Source of the DNA: Catajapyx aquilonaris
Lineage: Eukaryota
Direction of reading: 5' to 3'
Assembly (NCBI GenBank): GCA_000934665.2
Contig: KZ538003.1
Location: 62,001-126,000, forward strand
Length of the DNA: 64,000 bases
Positions within the stretch are counted from its first letter, which is position 1, and each line of letters begins with the position of its first letter. A program made the position numbers and the translations under genes. Shown here piece by piece: positions 1-15,817 of the stretch. The notes below the pieces were generated by a model. It was not told the origin of the DNA, searched no databases, and saw only the letters and a list, made by a program, of their open reading frames with translations.

Positions 1-3000
1 TTTGACCAACGCTTATTTTCATAAGCTAAGGACTGGTTTTAAGGTAGGGAATATAGGCCTCTGTGTGTAGCTCGCCTCCGCCTGAGGCTTTTTCCTCCTT
101 TTCTCCTTGACTTGAGGACATTTACTGCTTGACTCCTGTCTCCGACAGCTTCCCATGCTGCCTTCTCCGCGCTCTCCTGAGAAAACGCCATTTCTTAAAG
201 TGATTGGGTTAAGTGCTCTATTGTAATCATCCATACAAGACAATCCCATTATAACGTCCCCCAAACTTTCCTCCGCTCTATTTTCTCCGCGGAGCATTAG
301 CCGAGAGAGGACACTTGATGTTTTCTCCCTCTCTCTTTCTCTCTCTCTCTCTCTCTTCTCTCTCTGCCAAATGAAAATAAATCCTTTTGCTAATAGACTG
401 GTACATGAATTTGCTATTATTTTCAAGGAAGAATGATATACATGGTAAACGGAATCCGAGAATGCACTTTGCCTCTTGTCAGCCGACTCGAGTCAGCAAA
501 AAGGGGGAGGGAGGGAAGTTCCTCCCACCCCCGCCTTCCCCCACCCTCAAATTTGATACGACGATAAAGTTGATGATTCTCGACCCGGAGTCGCGCTGCT
601 TGCCCGGAGTTTTTTTTCCGTCTTGGATCATTTTTTGGGGGGAGCAAACTTCCGCTTAGCTAACTTTTTTGGGGGTTCAAGTCAGTACATGCTGGCTATG
701 GACAAGATGATTGCAGATTTCATGTTTAGCACCGGATAACTTATTCGCATTCAACTAATTTGCAAAAAGATTAATATTGGAGCTAACTTCCTATATAGCG
801 GTTCAATCATGAACATGGTTGCATGCTGAAACAGTGGACATGATGATTGCGAATTTCCTGGTGTTTAGCATACATTTTCAGTAGCAATCAGAAAATTTGC
901 AGACCCTTTTTTCGTTTCATGCAAAACGTGTACCCGTGCGGGAGCATGAGGAGTTAATTCATATATTTTGTAATGTAATGGCCTTAATGAGCGTGTTTCT
1001 AGTTGATCGGCATGTAGACATTATAACATGACTGTGACTTGGCGTAATGAAGTCCAGCCCGGCTGCAGCCCGGTCATTACACGGAGACAGCGGGCCCTAA
1101 TTATCGCAAAAAGCAATATAATTAACTTTGCAGGCCTACTTGACGAGCATGTGTTATATCATGGTCCACAGGGGGATCACACGTTTCTACTTGTGTGTTC
1201 CCGGCATGTGGGCCTTTGTGAAACATTATCAGAGACAAGAAGGGGGGATTCTGGAGCTACTTTGTTCTTCATTCACGCGGCTTGACTGGAGCGACAGGTT
1301 CGGGCCTTATCTGACGTTTCCCGGGTTCAGCTTGTACGACATTGTGCCCAAGGGCACAAACTCCAGTTACACAACTCGGGACATGCACAAGAACTTGTTA
1401 CCTCTGGCCTGAAACCGGTCCAGAACAGGCTTCTGAGGATTGATTCGAGGGAAGCTGGCGGTATACTGTACATGGTGTACTATGTGAAATAAAATTTAAA
1501 TAAATAATGTGGCCTCGGAAAACTGCTTCATCAGCAACATCCTTCTAAAGCAGATTATTGGCTTCCTTATTGACGCTCTTTCCGCAATTGGCGTCACACG
1601 GAAATGATGCTGAATTTTTTCCCCCGTGCAGTATAGGCTTAAAAAAATGGAAATGAGTGCGGACACATTTCCAGCCAGAAAAACCTGGTTTCACGACAAT
1701 ATTCCCGCGTTGCAGTTAGCGGAATTGCTGGCTAAAACTGGTGCTTTATATCCCCCTCGCTGTTATGCATTTGTGCTTATGAGTCCCGCGCATAACTCAT
1801 CCGGCCGGGGCTGCAAAAAGTCCGCCAGAAATGTTAGGAGGACACGCATTGAACGAGGGATTTAACTGTATTATAAATAGTTCCGCTTCCCACCCACCAG
1901 GGGCGCTGATTTATCCCATTGCGCAGGCGTAGAACAGGAAAAAGCCGCACACAAACAGCGAAAGGGTTTTAATATTAGAGATAGTGAAATTGCTGAGTGC
2001 AATGCAGCCTCCCACAGAAGCTGTTGTGTCGGTTCATCTTTGAGGAAAAGGTTGGGCCCTTAATGAAATGAATGTCCGCAAGCCCTGGCTGCAAATGAAG
2101 GCGAATCCTGGGCCACGGGGGCGTGATTCTATTCTGGCAATCAGACGGTGTAAAGCCCCTGATACCTATCAGGTCCTGTTCTAGACTGCTTGTCTCCGGG
2201 AAATGCCAGCGACTGATTTCCGGGAGCCTGTGTTGCACCGGGGTCGAGCCTTATTTACCGGCGCCCTGAGGGGCTCTTTTGGGACGAGCTCTGTGATTAC
2301 TTGTGAGGACAAAGTCTTGATGAGTCGAGTCTGATTGAGGGGTCAGGGCATTCAAATTGCGTCAGGTTTTTTTGGGGGGCAGCCCGGAGATTTTCTTTTA
2401 ATTGGACCCTATATCAATTTCTGGGATCCAGGGGGGGCCTAATCACGCATCATGCGGGCGGAATCCGAACCAGATCCCAGGGGCATAGGGGCCTGGGGAA
2501 TGCACCAATGTGGAAGAGAGGGCAAACTTTTTGGGGGGAGGGGGCTCATTGCAAACATCGTGTATGGTACAAAGAGGCTGCATGTCACCAGACGATACAA
2601 ACTAGATGAATCCAGTTTTAAGCCAAAATAATATTAAAAAAATAGGCGCTCCACATCCCGTGTCTGGGGCATGCTTCACGTATAAGCCAGACTTGCCAGG
2701 CTGACACTCGCCTACTTAATTTCCTCATTACACTTTGCTTTCAAAGAGCTCACATGTAAAGTGCAAGCTAGCGTGTCGTGGAGACCGCCTTATCTCCCCT
2801 TCACACCGCTGAGCAGGGAGAGCCTAATTATACCCCTTGTAATATTCCATCAAGCTTCGATAGCTGGACTTGAACCTGGGCTAAAACTAAAGCCCCTCTT
2901 TTCACTGGCCTTTCAAGTGCTACCCCCTCCCTCGTGCCCTGAAAGGATCATGGAAAGCAGGAGTATATTATATCGGAAGGCAGAGGCTTTGGGAAGGCAA

Positions 3001-5802
3001 GATTACAGCGACGGTGCTGCTGGCTGGTGCTGAGACACTTGCTTGTTGCCGAGGGGGGAGGGAAGACCCTAGGAAAATTTTCAAGAGAAGCCTCGTGTGA
3101 AAGGAGTGAGGTTAATATCAAGTAAGGTTCGCGTGGCTCTGCCTTTCTGCCGGGCCTAAATTATGGGGGTCTGGGATCACGTGCAGGCACCCGCTTCCAT
3201 CGATACCTATTCTTGGCTAAGCTTGCAACTAATCACGAGGTAATGAGACCCGTAATTCGCCCACCAATCAACCCCCCTCCTTTTTTAAAAAAAATAAAAA
3301 AAATAAACTTGAGGTGGCTGCTATGCATAACTAGCTTTAAAAATATGCATCTTTTTCCTCGCGAACGATTCAATGCAAAAATAAGAAACAGCTCCATATT
3401 CCCATCCCAATTTTTTCGGCCCTTCCACCCAAACACATCATTTCGCTTTATTCCTCCCTCTGGAAGAGAGAGACAGATACCACAAACTTGACTGCTGGCA
3501 TAAATATCCGAGTAGCCCCACCCCAGAGACGTCTCTCCTGGTATTATACAACTCGTTCCCATCAAAAAGATGTGGAGAGAAACACACACACAAAAAAAAG
3601 TTAGTAAGAGAAAAAGACTAGGTGCATTATTTGAGTGCAGGGGTCGGATGGTGGTGCAGGGGAGGTGAATAAAGATGATTCCCCCAATGGAGTTGGCCTG
3701 TCTGGCTGCTGTTTGGGGACTGTAGAGACCTAATGGCCTGCTGTGGTCTCCTCTCCCAACCGTATTTCGAAGGCTGAAATATTACAGCGGCCGGCTCTAT
3801 TAGTGAGATGGAGTCTCACGTTCCAGTGTCAGTCGACTGGCCCCCAGGTGAATAGTCCCTTTGGCTGGGGAGGGAGGATTAGGCCTGGAGAAATGGATGA
3901 CGCCTTGTTCCAGAGATGGGAACTGTCCAGAGCAGTTGAACACTCCAGCCATCTGGGAAGAAAACGTGCCTATGTTGCCACACCTTACTTGAAAATGTAA
4001 CGCATATTAGCATGCAAGTGCACAGTGCAAAGTTCGCGTTTGGAAGTGGGAAAAAAAACGGAATTCCCAAGGCGGTGTCAGCATCAGCGACATGAGGCTC
4101 TCTTTCAATATTGGTGTGCAGCCAACCCAACTCGGCCTCCGAAAAGTCTCGCAGGGGTCCCTCGACGATCCGGAGGCCTGCTTTTAGTTTTATCCCGTGA
4201 TATATGGGCCGAGTGACCAATGCGAAAAAGTGAAAAGTTAGCAGAGGCCGAGGGGAGAGAGAGAGAGAGAGGCCCACCTTTGCTGCTGCTGTCCAACTCC
4301 CCATGCTAATTTGTCTTGGGGCGGGACAAGACACCGGGGCAGACTCCCAAGGGGCCCATGCGTTGGCCAGAACCAACTTGGGCCCCACGCTTAGGCCCAG
4401 GGGCATCCCAGGGAGGAGGAACAGTTAACATAATTTCAAGGGGGCCACTAGAGACTGTGGCTGCCCACTCCATTAGCGGGGCCCAAGACCTAGCCGCGGC
4501 TTACTCCCAAAGCACCATCTTTAGGTGACATCAAAAATCGGAGGTTGGACACACACAAAAAAATGTGGTAATTAGCAGCTTAATTAATGGCGCGTTTCTT
4601 TAATTCATGGGCCGATACAACGGAAACACGATCGGGGGAGGCTAGTTGTACCCTGCTGATTGGGAAAGCACAACAAATGGCGTGTTATGGATTTATCATC
4701 GGCAACCAATGGCAGGCTAATTAAATAGAATTCTGGCGCCGAAATGCAATACCAGGATTGTATAAGAGGAGGGGAATATGGGGAAGCACGGAAATTTCCC
4801 AGTGATTGTTGTGGATCCATGCAACACATCCCACTTTTTTTGTCTGTTCTTTCATGCCGTGCATTAAAACCGCGATGAGAACCTGACCAACTTGAGCGGT
4901 GTTAGACAAAAGAGAGAGCTGTAGGGGCAGTAACCAGGCGTACAATGGATTACAAGACCGATCAGCCACATAATGAACCGTGTGCACGGGATCGTGTTAC
5001 TCAACCCAAGTTGTGTGCGTGTGATATCCGCCCATCAGGGATTATAGCCTTTGATATATTCTGAAAAGATGGGGTTGGATTATTACGAATTCTCGTTTTG
5101 TGTTTTCACTGATTGGTATAGTTGTTGAATTGGGCTATGATAATGTAGTCTGGAGCGTCTCTCCAACCCAGCAAAATTTTGGAGTCATTTTCAAGTTTGG
5201 AGGACATGTTCCAGTGGCATGGAGCACGATTTGGGTGGGTCGCCATCCATGTACTCGGCCTCTCAAACCTCCAGAGGCAAAGTCCTTAGCAAGCCCAGCC
5301 AATATTAGTCATTCGGAGCCAAGCACGTTGCACCATTGCCAAGCCCGCCCCTCAACCATTAATGAGCTGCATATGTGTCAATGCGGCTCTTATTTCACAA
5401 GAACCAGACATGTACCGCGGATCGCGTGATCGGAAAGCCTCCCAGGAGAATAAGCCCTGCAATAGCAACAATGGTCGTTAGACTGCTGATAGCGGGAAGG
5501 ACAGAAAAGGTCAGACATCACACCACGAAAATTTAGTGTCGGATATTGATCTCTCATGTTGCAATCTGGGTTGGTCAGGTGTGGTCACTGCGAGTTGCTG
5601 CTCGGGAGGTGGATTAAGTTTCTATTTTGAGGCCACTAAGTCCGCAGGAGGGAACGGATAAGCAGTAAGTCGCAATATGGATTCGCATGCAATATCGCAC
5701 TGATAAGTATCAAATATGAATTCGCAATGTGTTTAAAAAAATGAATATTTTACTGATAGGTATCAAATGTGTCAACGTGATTTTTTTTTGTTTGAAAACT
5801 AT

Positions 5803-6005
5803 TCACATATTACATATGAAAGCAGAAACTTTGTTGGTATGTATGTCACGACTACCCAACCCACTGCCGGACTACTGAGGGTGCTGAAACTTGGCACACT
5901 GACGTCTTACGTGCCACTGATTTAGGGAAAAGTCCGAAAACTGCACTTTTTTGATTCTCATTTTTTAAAAATCAATCACCATGCGAAGAACGTGTCCCCT
6001 GCTAG
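5803..6005 (+). mobile_element. Degenerate short non-autonomous Helitron-like element
   Basis: Ends ...GTCCCCTG-CTAG|T (CTAG 6002-6005), similar to the 3' ends of the Helitrons at 42337 and 53311 read on the minus strand; GTATGTATGT microsatellite near the 5' end; 5' boundary approximate. Confidence 0.5.
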
Positions 6006-9000
6006 TTCGGTATATATCGCACAACCCAGCCAGCCTTTGCTGCGAACATTTCGACAATAACCATCAAGAATAATCCAGCACAGTGTGAGTCACAGGAGAC
6101 ACAGGTGTGATCATTAATTCACCGGGTCTTATGGCGGCGGATAATTGGAAAGCTTTTCTCGTCCATCGTCCAGAGTTTCTGGCGGCCAAAAGGTTTTCTC
6201 TCAACTAATACGTATGTATGAGACAGGGTGCGGAGGTGGAAGTAATGAGAGTGTATGGAAACAAGTTTAACACCAGGCGATCCTTCATTGTCCTCTAACC
6301 CAGTCCGTGAAGTGCCTCGGAAACGTTAGAAATGCTAATTCACAACTAAACAACGGGCCCTACCCCCCCTTCCCCCTTCCTCTTTTTACGTCCTCAGGAC
6401 AAATGGAAGCATTTTGGCTTTGTGTTAACACAACGACGTCGGAGAAACTTTCATTCGCATCACTCTTGCCATGGAAATTATTGGACTGTGCTAACTACAA
6501 TTTTTGGTTGTAATTATTGGTGGGTGAAATTTTTTGGGTCCTAACCAAAAGAATGGCGATGGAAAATCCTCCTGAGCCACACCCATCTGGTAGGGGCTCC
6601 GGCTGCGTGTGGTATATATGTATTTATGTGGGTCCGTGACGAGCGGCGTCATTTACGGCTATAACGCTAATGAAACGCTTGACGGGATTTTGGTCCGCTT
6701 TGTAGCCCTGCAACCATTCGCAGGATGTATGGTGGGGTCCGGCCTCGGCGACTAATATCCGTATTTTCCCCCATCAAGTCCCCACGTCCTTGCCCATCGT
6801 ATCTTGGCATACCAATCCTCATTTTCCTGATTATGAAAAATCCCAATGCGGCACGGAGCGAATCATAATACGCGCAAATGCAAGTCAACAATATAATTAG
6901 GGGGAATGAGCGAGCTGGATGGGGGTATGGAGGGGAGGGAGGAGGGGGAAAAAATAGGTGATTCACTAAGCCTGAAAAGTGTGGCTAATTTTTGCGGGGA
7001 CGGCTAAATCTCCTGGCTGGGCTGCAGAGCCCAGGCAAAATGTCACAACGCCCTGGCGTAATTCTTGTTTGCCCGTGAGAAATGTTTGTCGCTGGGTGTT
7101 GGCCTGTCAGCAACATCACTCTTGGCTTTTGCGCACCTAAATGTATGACTGTGCAATGTGTGCAGAGACGCGGATGTCGAGCGTCGGGATTTTCCATATG
7201 GGCTTGACTCCTGGTCCCATATGGTCACACGTGGTTGTCAGAACCCACTGGATATATATTAAAAAAAAGAACTGACAACCTAGCTTGGATAATTGCTGGG
7301 CCGTTGTTGGGCAAGAAAAAGCTCGACCCCATCGGTTGCAAGTATAGGTTTCCAATACCAATCGCCCCTCGTGTTTACCAAAAACAATTCGAATTAACCA
7401 CCCTATAAATCAAAGCCGCGACATGTGCACCAGGCCACGACTTTTGCTTCATTCAATCAGCCTGAAAATGTACTACTGTACCAACTCTACAAATTCCAAG
7501 AAACATTTGCAATATATGTTGCAAGGAAAAGTCCAACATATCAGGGTGTCCAACTTCACAGGTTTCCACTATATATATTATCAAAAATTAAGATGGACTG
7601 CCAGCTTCTGGTAGTGTACAAAAAAGAGTGTAAATTGCTAAGAGAGGTGGGGTCCAATTATGGCGTGTAAATAGTTTTGTGGGTTGGTTCTGGGAGCCCC
7701 CAATTGGGGGCCTTGTTCTCCCTCTTCCGACACGGGATCCCTCGTTATATGTAGTCCCAGCAGAATCGGCTCCCTTGACGTGTATTGCAGGAAAAGGTGG
7801 GGTGGGGCCAGTGCACCACGAAAACGGAAGAAAAAAAGAAACCAGGAGTTTCATTATCGGCAATGGCCAAGAGCCGGCCGCATTTAGTCTTAGGGAGGTT
7901 GGGAGGGGGGGTGAGGGTGGAACCAGCCAAAGATTTACTCGTTTAATTTTCTTGGGTGTTATTGAAAAAGTCCTTTCGGTTCCTCACTTGTAAGCTTCGA
8001 AAACTTGTTTACCCTGTGCACCTAATTCTGTAGAAGGATCAACTTCCGCGGAGTAATTTTCTCAGGTGGTCCCGAACAACGTGGAAAGAGCCCAGTGTAA
8101 TTTGGCGAAGGCTCATTTAATCACATCTCCAGTTTCCCCCGTTGCGAATCCCTGCAATTAATCACACTCCCTGGCTTGACATTTCATTAGGTTTTCTTTC
8201 TATACCCCCAATTTAATTAACATGGCATTCAGACCCCTCTCTAAATTTTTAATAATCAAATTATATTTTAGGGACATGATTAAGGAAATTATGTTTTTGG
8301 AACAGAATTCATAAAACCGTTGGAATAAGGGAGGGGCTTCGGGGTGGTGTACTTTCCCCCTGGATCCAATTAAAGGTATTGAACCAGGGGAGCTAATTAG
8401 TGTACCGTGGAATGCCAGCTCCGTAAGGAATGCTCGCAGGGAGGACAAGGTAAACCCCCGCGCAAGCCATCCGCAATAATGTTGGCGCACTGAAAGACGA
8501 GAAAGTTCGATAAGCAGCTGCATTGTGTGTGTAACGTTGGGAGGGGGCGGCTAAAAAGAAACTAATGCCTTTGACTTAGCGTCCTTTGCGGGGGGGCGCA
8601 AAACGCCAGCAGTGCAGCAAAGTTACAAATTACTAGCCCCCCCCCTCTCGACACACAAAAAAAACAGAGTGGGGGNAAATTACATTCTTGGCGTGCCAGC
8701 TTCACTGCCAGGCTTATATGCGCGATGAAACACAAGGAAACCGACAAAGTTTGCCGGAAAATATGTTTCTCATTACGTGGGGAGGCTTCCATTCTTCCTG
8801 GTTTTAAGGGTGAAGGAGGCATAGTGCATAGATTTTTTTTGCGCTAATTATTATTTTTTGAATCAATACTATAGTTGTGGGGGGGGGGGGGAAGCAATTG
8901 GGTTGGATGTAAAGCTAGGCGGCAACAGCTCGTGGAAATAAATACTGGCAGTCGCAAGAATTTTCATGCTGGAAACAAGTACATAACCGTTTCAACTATT

Positions 9001-12000
9001 TCTCAATAATGGATCGTTACCATTAGCGGCGAGCCAAACGGCCGGTTTATGTTGCAGTCTTCGTGTTTACGATTCTAAGCCCTCCCCCATCCCCAACCAT
9101 CCTGCCCTCCACTCTCCATCCGACATTGTTTTAAAAATGAATGGTCAACTGCATTCAAAGCGATTGTAGCTGGGTAAAGTGCATTTTTGCAGCAAGGTTT
9201 GTCCTGAACGTAATGGTCCGGACCTGGTCGTTTTATACGGTTCTGAATAAAAAAAAGTGGCTGGAATCAAGGCAGGATACCATAATAATACTGTACGGAA
9301 TGTTGTAATGGGCATGGTATATGTTGCATTGGTCTTACACGGGGAACTACATATTCCATGACGATTGAACGTTTCAAGCTTTATGTTTGTGTCTCTGTTG
9401 TCCTTTGAGAGCTGTAAAAAATATTCCCACTCGAGTTAAATGTATTCGACCCCCCCCCCCCCTTCGAATATACGAGCCTCCAGACACGTTTTCCTACAAG
9501 ACGGAGCTACATTAACCCCGGGGTAAAGATTTCTTCCTCTTTTTTTTACTCCGCTTGAGCCAGCCCGTTTCGATAAGTGGAAAGAGAGCATCCTTGCTCC
9601 TCTGGAAGAAAAAAAAAGAAGAAGTGGGTGGAACTTCTTTTGAATGGGGGAGGAACATTTGAAAATAAGCCCTATCTAATGCCGGGAAGCCAGACTGTCG
9701 GAGGTTTTGAGAAGATAGCCTTTTCCTATGGTTGAAAGTGGGCAAAAGCAGCATAGGAAAACGACGCTGCATTTAAGTTGCCACTCCACTCATTTGCATG
9801 ATAAAGAGAAAGGATTGCTCCACCATTGAGGATCCAAGGAAAGCCATTAGTGCAGATGCCATGAACAACAGGCACTCGAATCGTCTTGGCGAGCTCCATT
9901 AGCCGTTGGTGGAGATTTCAGAGGCATTGCTATGTAAACCAGAGCACTGAAGCCGCACCAAGGAGAAGAGGAGGGGGGGACCTACCGAAATGGAGAGAAG
10001 GATCTTGAAGAAAACAGCTTGTGAGCTCCATCTCAACTTGCGTCCCAGTCATTGGTGTCACCACAGCATTAGTCCGGAGCAGTGGAATTAGCCCTGGGAG
10101 AAAAAAAAAAAGAAAGAAAAAGGCTTTTTCCTCTCCTTGCTTTGTTTGGGCTCGTTTCGCCTCACTTGTTTGCTTCTTGCGAGGATCGTTCGTGCGTGCA
10201 ACCGTAACTGAATACTAGAAAAGGGGGGTTGGTGGAGATATTGTTGGATGTAACAAAGAGACGGAATTAATTTGAGGGGAGCAGTTGGAGGAATTCGGCT
10301 GACTTTTATGGTAATGTTTCATGCTCTGACAGTATGTGCACCTATGCTCCCCACCCCCTTTCGATAAACACATGTGGCCGCCGCTTTTTGATTGAACATT
10401 TACAGTCGGACCCAGCAACATTTGCAGAGAGGACCAGAATCCGGGGAGGGAATCGGCATTAATTTTAAAATAAACGGCTGCAATAGTTGGCAACCAATTA
10501 CGCGGGACAAGGCACCGACGCGTTTTGTGTATTCATTTTCGGAACTTGCCTAGCTGTGCTACACACACAAAAAAAAATCGGGATGGGTGTTACCCCATGA
10601 ACATACATACACACACCCGCATTGAAGATCAGATTACCGCAGATAAAACCCGGGGGCCGATATCTACACATCCCCATGTCGTGCCTACACATACACATAG
10701 AGTGGCATAAATTTCTAGCTGGGGCTTTGCGGGTATTGACTCCGGTTGTGTCCATTTTGTAGCCAATGGTTTTTAATACTGTTTGCCAGACGTATACCTG
10801 CTCTGGGTTTTTGAATATGTATGGTGGCACGTGCACAAATCTGGGATTCAATACCTGCCAAAAGTAATGCTTTTTTTCGGATGGGGGGGATGGGAGAGGC
10901 GGGGGGAAGGGAGGGGGTTTTCTCTCACAAAGTTTGGCAGATTTGCAGGGGTATTAAACGAAACGAGCTGCGGCGCTGATGGTTTGGTGCGAGCGAACGC
11001 GTTATGAAAGTGCGCCCAATATCACACAGCTGTCCTCCCGACTCTTAAATGTGCCTCTCAAGAGATGCGCTTCACACTGGGAATCGAGGATCACCCCAGA
11101 AGAAGAATTTTTTTTTTCTTGTATGTTCAAAGTCTTTCTTCATTTTTCTCACAAGCTCAACTTTTTATTGGCGGAATTCAAAACCGATTTAGGAGTCAAA
11201 ATATTGCTGAATGATCCACGTAAAATTAGTGTACAAACTTGTCTCTGCGCTCTTACTCTTTCAACGTCGTTTTGGGCAGAAAAGATCTACGGAGCTTCCA
11301 ACCTATTGGGTTTAAGTGAATGTTCTTTAGTGGCCACTTATGTCTCGTTTCAGTCACGCGGGACGAGCATTAACTTTTACTAGTCGGCCTCCAAATTGCT
11401 AAGCTCGCCCAGCGAGTGCCGCGCCGCAGAAAATGGCGCTGATATTGCCTTTCCAGACTAACCTACCACTATTATTTTTCGAAAATTTCATCGGCGAGGA
11501 AGGACTGTAGAGTTATGGAGACCACACGTTACCAACAGGTGCTTACACGTTAACTCACGGTTGATACAAAAATGATGAACATTGCCCCCCCCCCCCCNGA
11601 CCAGATTACCGATGCCGTTTCAAACACTGCTATCAGACAGTCGGGAGGCCTTTTCAGCATTTGACAAGCATTAAAATCTTGACGAGCCGACCATGCTGAA
11701 ACATGGGTAACATTGAACCTAGTTGAAATATGTATGCGGGCGGCTCTTGTCGCACGGACAAAAAAAAAAAAAAAAACAAACTGGCCCGAATAGGGGAAAA
11801 GAAAAGGAGAAAAAAAAACGCCAAATAATGGATGAAAAGTCACTCGAGTCACGTGAACCAACTTTGCCCTTTTGTGTCACCGCCGAATCTATAGGATCGG
11901 AGGACTTGTCATCTCAAATGCCATCCGAACAAAGTCAATTGTGGTGGTGGAAGATCGTCTCGAATTTGCTGCGGAAAATGATTTTTATCAATTTCAAATC

Positions 12001-15000
12001 GGACCATTATACTATCCCAACGCTTAAATATTCGGTACATCCGGTAATTTACTGCAGCGTAATCCGTATCAGTTTTAAAAGTGTTGGGTAGGGAAGCATA
12101 TAATAAAATTATGCTGACCCCTATGCGCAGGGGGTGTCCGCAGTTTGATTAATACCTGGCCCGTTCCCCGGGAATTTTAGCTGCTCCCAGTATCGATACA
12201 TATAGGCAACAGTATATTACTGACAACTCTATTACGGGAGATTGGGGACGCAGTTTGTCCTGCCTGTCACGCAACCCGGACAGCTGTTACAGGGGTCCCC
12301 CCCTCTATAATTGCATATGTACAGCTGGATGGAAATGGACTGGCCTGGGGAAGCTGGCCAGAGGTCAAGACACATATGTTGGGTTCCTTTTTTTTTCAAG
12401 GGTCCGCCCATGTGATATATAGAGACTGCACATTTTTGGGGGCAAAGAAGCATCCAATCAACCTAAAAGCCACGAGAGAGAGAGAGAGAGCTCGCTCGCA
12501 GGGAAAGATATTATCCCCGAAACCCCCTCAAATGATGATGGCTAAACCAACTGCGCCCATTGGAAATTAAAATGGCCTACCTGGGATTATTACGTCCATT
12601 CATCCTCGTGTCCAGTCGGAGCGCATTCAAAGTGGCCGGTATGGAAATGCGGACACGTCAAACCCTCCCCTCATATGTTGGGAGGATTGGAGAGATGTGT
12701 GCACCAGTGGTAAGGCTGCGGGTCAGCAAGTTCAAATTGCCAATCGAGTTGAAATGAGCTGGACTCTCCTTTTTTAGCAGTCATGTCAGACACATTTATA
12801 ATATTAAATTCCTACCACGTACTTCTGATTGGTCCGCCGCATATTGTTACCGCGACGTTTCCGATTGGCCCACGTTCTGCGCCTGCGCCTCTGGCAGCAC
12901 CTCTGGTGGATGGAAGGAGGAACCGCGTCCTTGTGACATGCTGCTAACGATACCAGGAAGCTGAACCACGCATATTTTAATGCTGTAAACACTATACCAA
13001 ACGCTTGGTATTTTTCGGGCTACCTGTCCTTTGGGCATTGACACACAAATAGGCGTAACAATGTTTTGTGTTTATATCGCGTCCAATTACACGGGGGGTA
13101 ATTAATTAGCCGCGTAATTAAATTAAGCAGGCAATATTAATTTGGGGGGAGGGCTTTATGGGATTCCTAGCAGTGGATCGCGAGAGAGGTGGAGGGGGGG
13201 GGGGGTAGCTATAGTGTTTCCCATGCATAGAGTTGCTGAGTGTACAGAGCCCCCGGCGAGGCTTGCATCCTTGCAGTTTCATTACAGACGACACTTCCAG
13301 CCCGCACTCTGACATTCATCCCATTGCCCACTGTTTACCCCTGTTCGTGTGATTTCCTCATAAAATTAATGAATATAGTGGAATGGATCGTTATGGAGAA
13401 TTACTACATTAGGCTACACTAATTTCGCCAAATGAAACTGCGCGGCAGTGGCTTCGATTATCTGCGTTTATGCGGGGGCCTCTCTCTCAGCACCAGGCAC
13501 CCACAAACCCTCTTCGTTAGTGTCACAAAGACTGGTTTGGTCCAACCCTCCCCCAGATGCTAATCCCTTTGCTTAGAATACACGATGCAGCAGGATGACT
13601 ACGTTTTAATGCGCCGTTTTGGGGTTACGCAGACGCCTAAGCTACGGACGAATTTATTGCCTGCGACTTGTTATAATGAGGATGTTGTACTGGGGGGATG
13701 CTGCGGTCAGATCCTGCTTACTGGGCGTTGAAATCATTCTGGATCATGGGCACTAACTGTTATGGCCAAAAAGCACATTTGTTTCTGCTTTCAGTAACTG
13801 TTACTGCAATTTTTATATAAAATTTTGCGGATGGACTCAATAGTGCCTGAAGTTTGAATAGGAGAAATAAAAGGTCCTGTAGTTTTTTTATATAACAAAA
13901 CCACTGCTGCCATCGCATGAGCGAGCCCCTCAATTTTCCGCCAAGGGAAACGAGCCACAAATGTGTTTTAACTTGCTTGTTTTGGGCCCATTTATCAGTG
14001 TCAGACAACGGGTTTGCCCATTGTTGCATTGAAATTTACGGCCGGCAAATCTCCTTGAACGGTCAATTTCAGCGGAAAATAATAATTGTCCCCGTGCTTG
14101 CATAGGATCCGGTGGCCCAATCGGATGGCAACGATGCATTACGACCAGCACACTGGGCTACTTATCAGCTGGCGGTATCAATTCCCCAATGGGCCCAGGG
14201 TGCACCCCCCTCCCCACCCACTGTAATCGAATAAAATCCAAATTACAGCCGCACACAACACATGCACACATGCACTGTACACATGGGGTTGACGGGCCTT
14301 CCATTTGACTGAAGGCAAGGTTAGCTTCCCTGTTTATTTACCTGACAAGTTCAGCACAAAGGAGTTGGTTGTGTCCTGATTTGCTACCATCAGAATGGAA
14401 TTAACGTATCGGTACGTACATTATTTTTTAAATAATTATTGGTAGGTAGAAATTGCATTGCGACACAGTGAACCATCTTTTAATTAGTTTGCGACGTGTC
14501 ATACACTGTACATAACATGTCGCAGTGACACCCACGCATACACTGTACAGCATGTATCAAGTCGGTTGTATCACTACCTGCATGTTGTCAAGCTCCCCCC
14601 CTACCACCCACCCTGTAACAACCAGCCGTAAAGTGGTTTATTCCCCCTTTCGATCGGCATAATGATACTGTCAAATCGGGCTGTCAAACAGTGTCAAACG
14701 CGGGAACCGATATCGCCTATCAAAACGCCCGTGCCAATCGTCAAGCTTCCTCATTCCCACCCACCCCCATATACCCATCCCCCACCTTTCATCCGCGACC
14801 ATGTGATGATACACAACCGGTTCGATAGCCTCCGATTTGGGCTTTTTCCACCCCCCCTCCCAACCCTCCACACACACCCCATCACTCGATGTATAACGGC
14901 CGCCAACTGCGATAAAAGAGCCCCCCTGACTTTGGCACACGCACCACCAATTTCAATATTAACTGCAATGACATGTTTGACAATACTATTATACCCGCGC

Positions 15001-15732
15001 GTAACGTCACTTCAGCTTGTGATCTCGCCAAAATTGAATTAATGCAAATGGGTCTCGCGGGACTCGTACCCCCCGCACCTCCCAAGTCCTGTATCATACA
15101 TGTGGATCGAGTTGTGGTGGGGGGAAAAAAAATAAAACCCACTTTCAACCAGCAATGCAGGGAATGTGTGCATATCAAATGAGATGCGGAAAAAAAATTG
15201 TAGAGAAAATTTATTGGCAACAAGCTGGGAAGTCGTGCTGGGAAGAGGTCGGGCAAGTATATTCATTATTAGAATCGCCATTATCCTCGAATCCATTATC
15301 CTACTTGAGAGCATCTTTATGGGCGCAAATGCACGATAAGCTCCTTATATTTGAATACAGACATTTCGGTGGCGTTGATTAAAACGGGAAAATAGGCGCA
15401 AGTAAGCGAGACAAAGCCATGTAATCCCCATGGCTATGTGGCGCTGGCTTCAAGCTCAACTTGTATCGAAGTTTGCTCGCCGGCAAGAAACTTTCCAACG
15501 CTCCTATCCACTACCCACCATTCCCTCCACCACCCCCCGTTCATTTAAATTGCCTGCAAATGTCATGACTGTGGAATGAGAGTTCCATTAAATCTCCGAG
15601 TTAATACAAAATGCATTTGTTGTTCTTCCATTATGTAAATGAAAGCGAAACCCATCCACAGCTGCGTAGGATACCGTATGTAAAATTGAATGGAGATGAA
15701 AGACTCCATTTAGAGGAGAGAGGGGGGGGGGG

Positions 15733-15817
15733 NNNNNNNNNNNNNNNNNNNNNNNNNNNNNNNNNNNNNNNNNNNNNNNNNNNNNNNNNNNNNNNNNNNN
15801 NNNNNNNNNNNNNNNNN
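15733..15817. other. Assembly gap (85 N) following a G-run
   Basis: Run of N directly after G11. Confidence 0.98.

Noticed and set aside
9990..10026. Candidate first LMO exon MERRILKKTA with phase-1 GTGAGC donor
   Set aside because: Weak donor context, and joining to the best acceptor (29253) creates TAA; no independent support.
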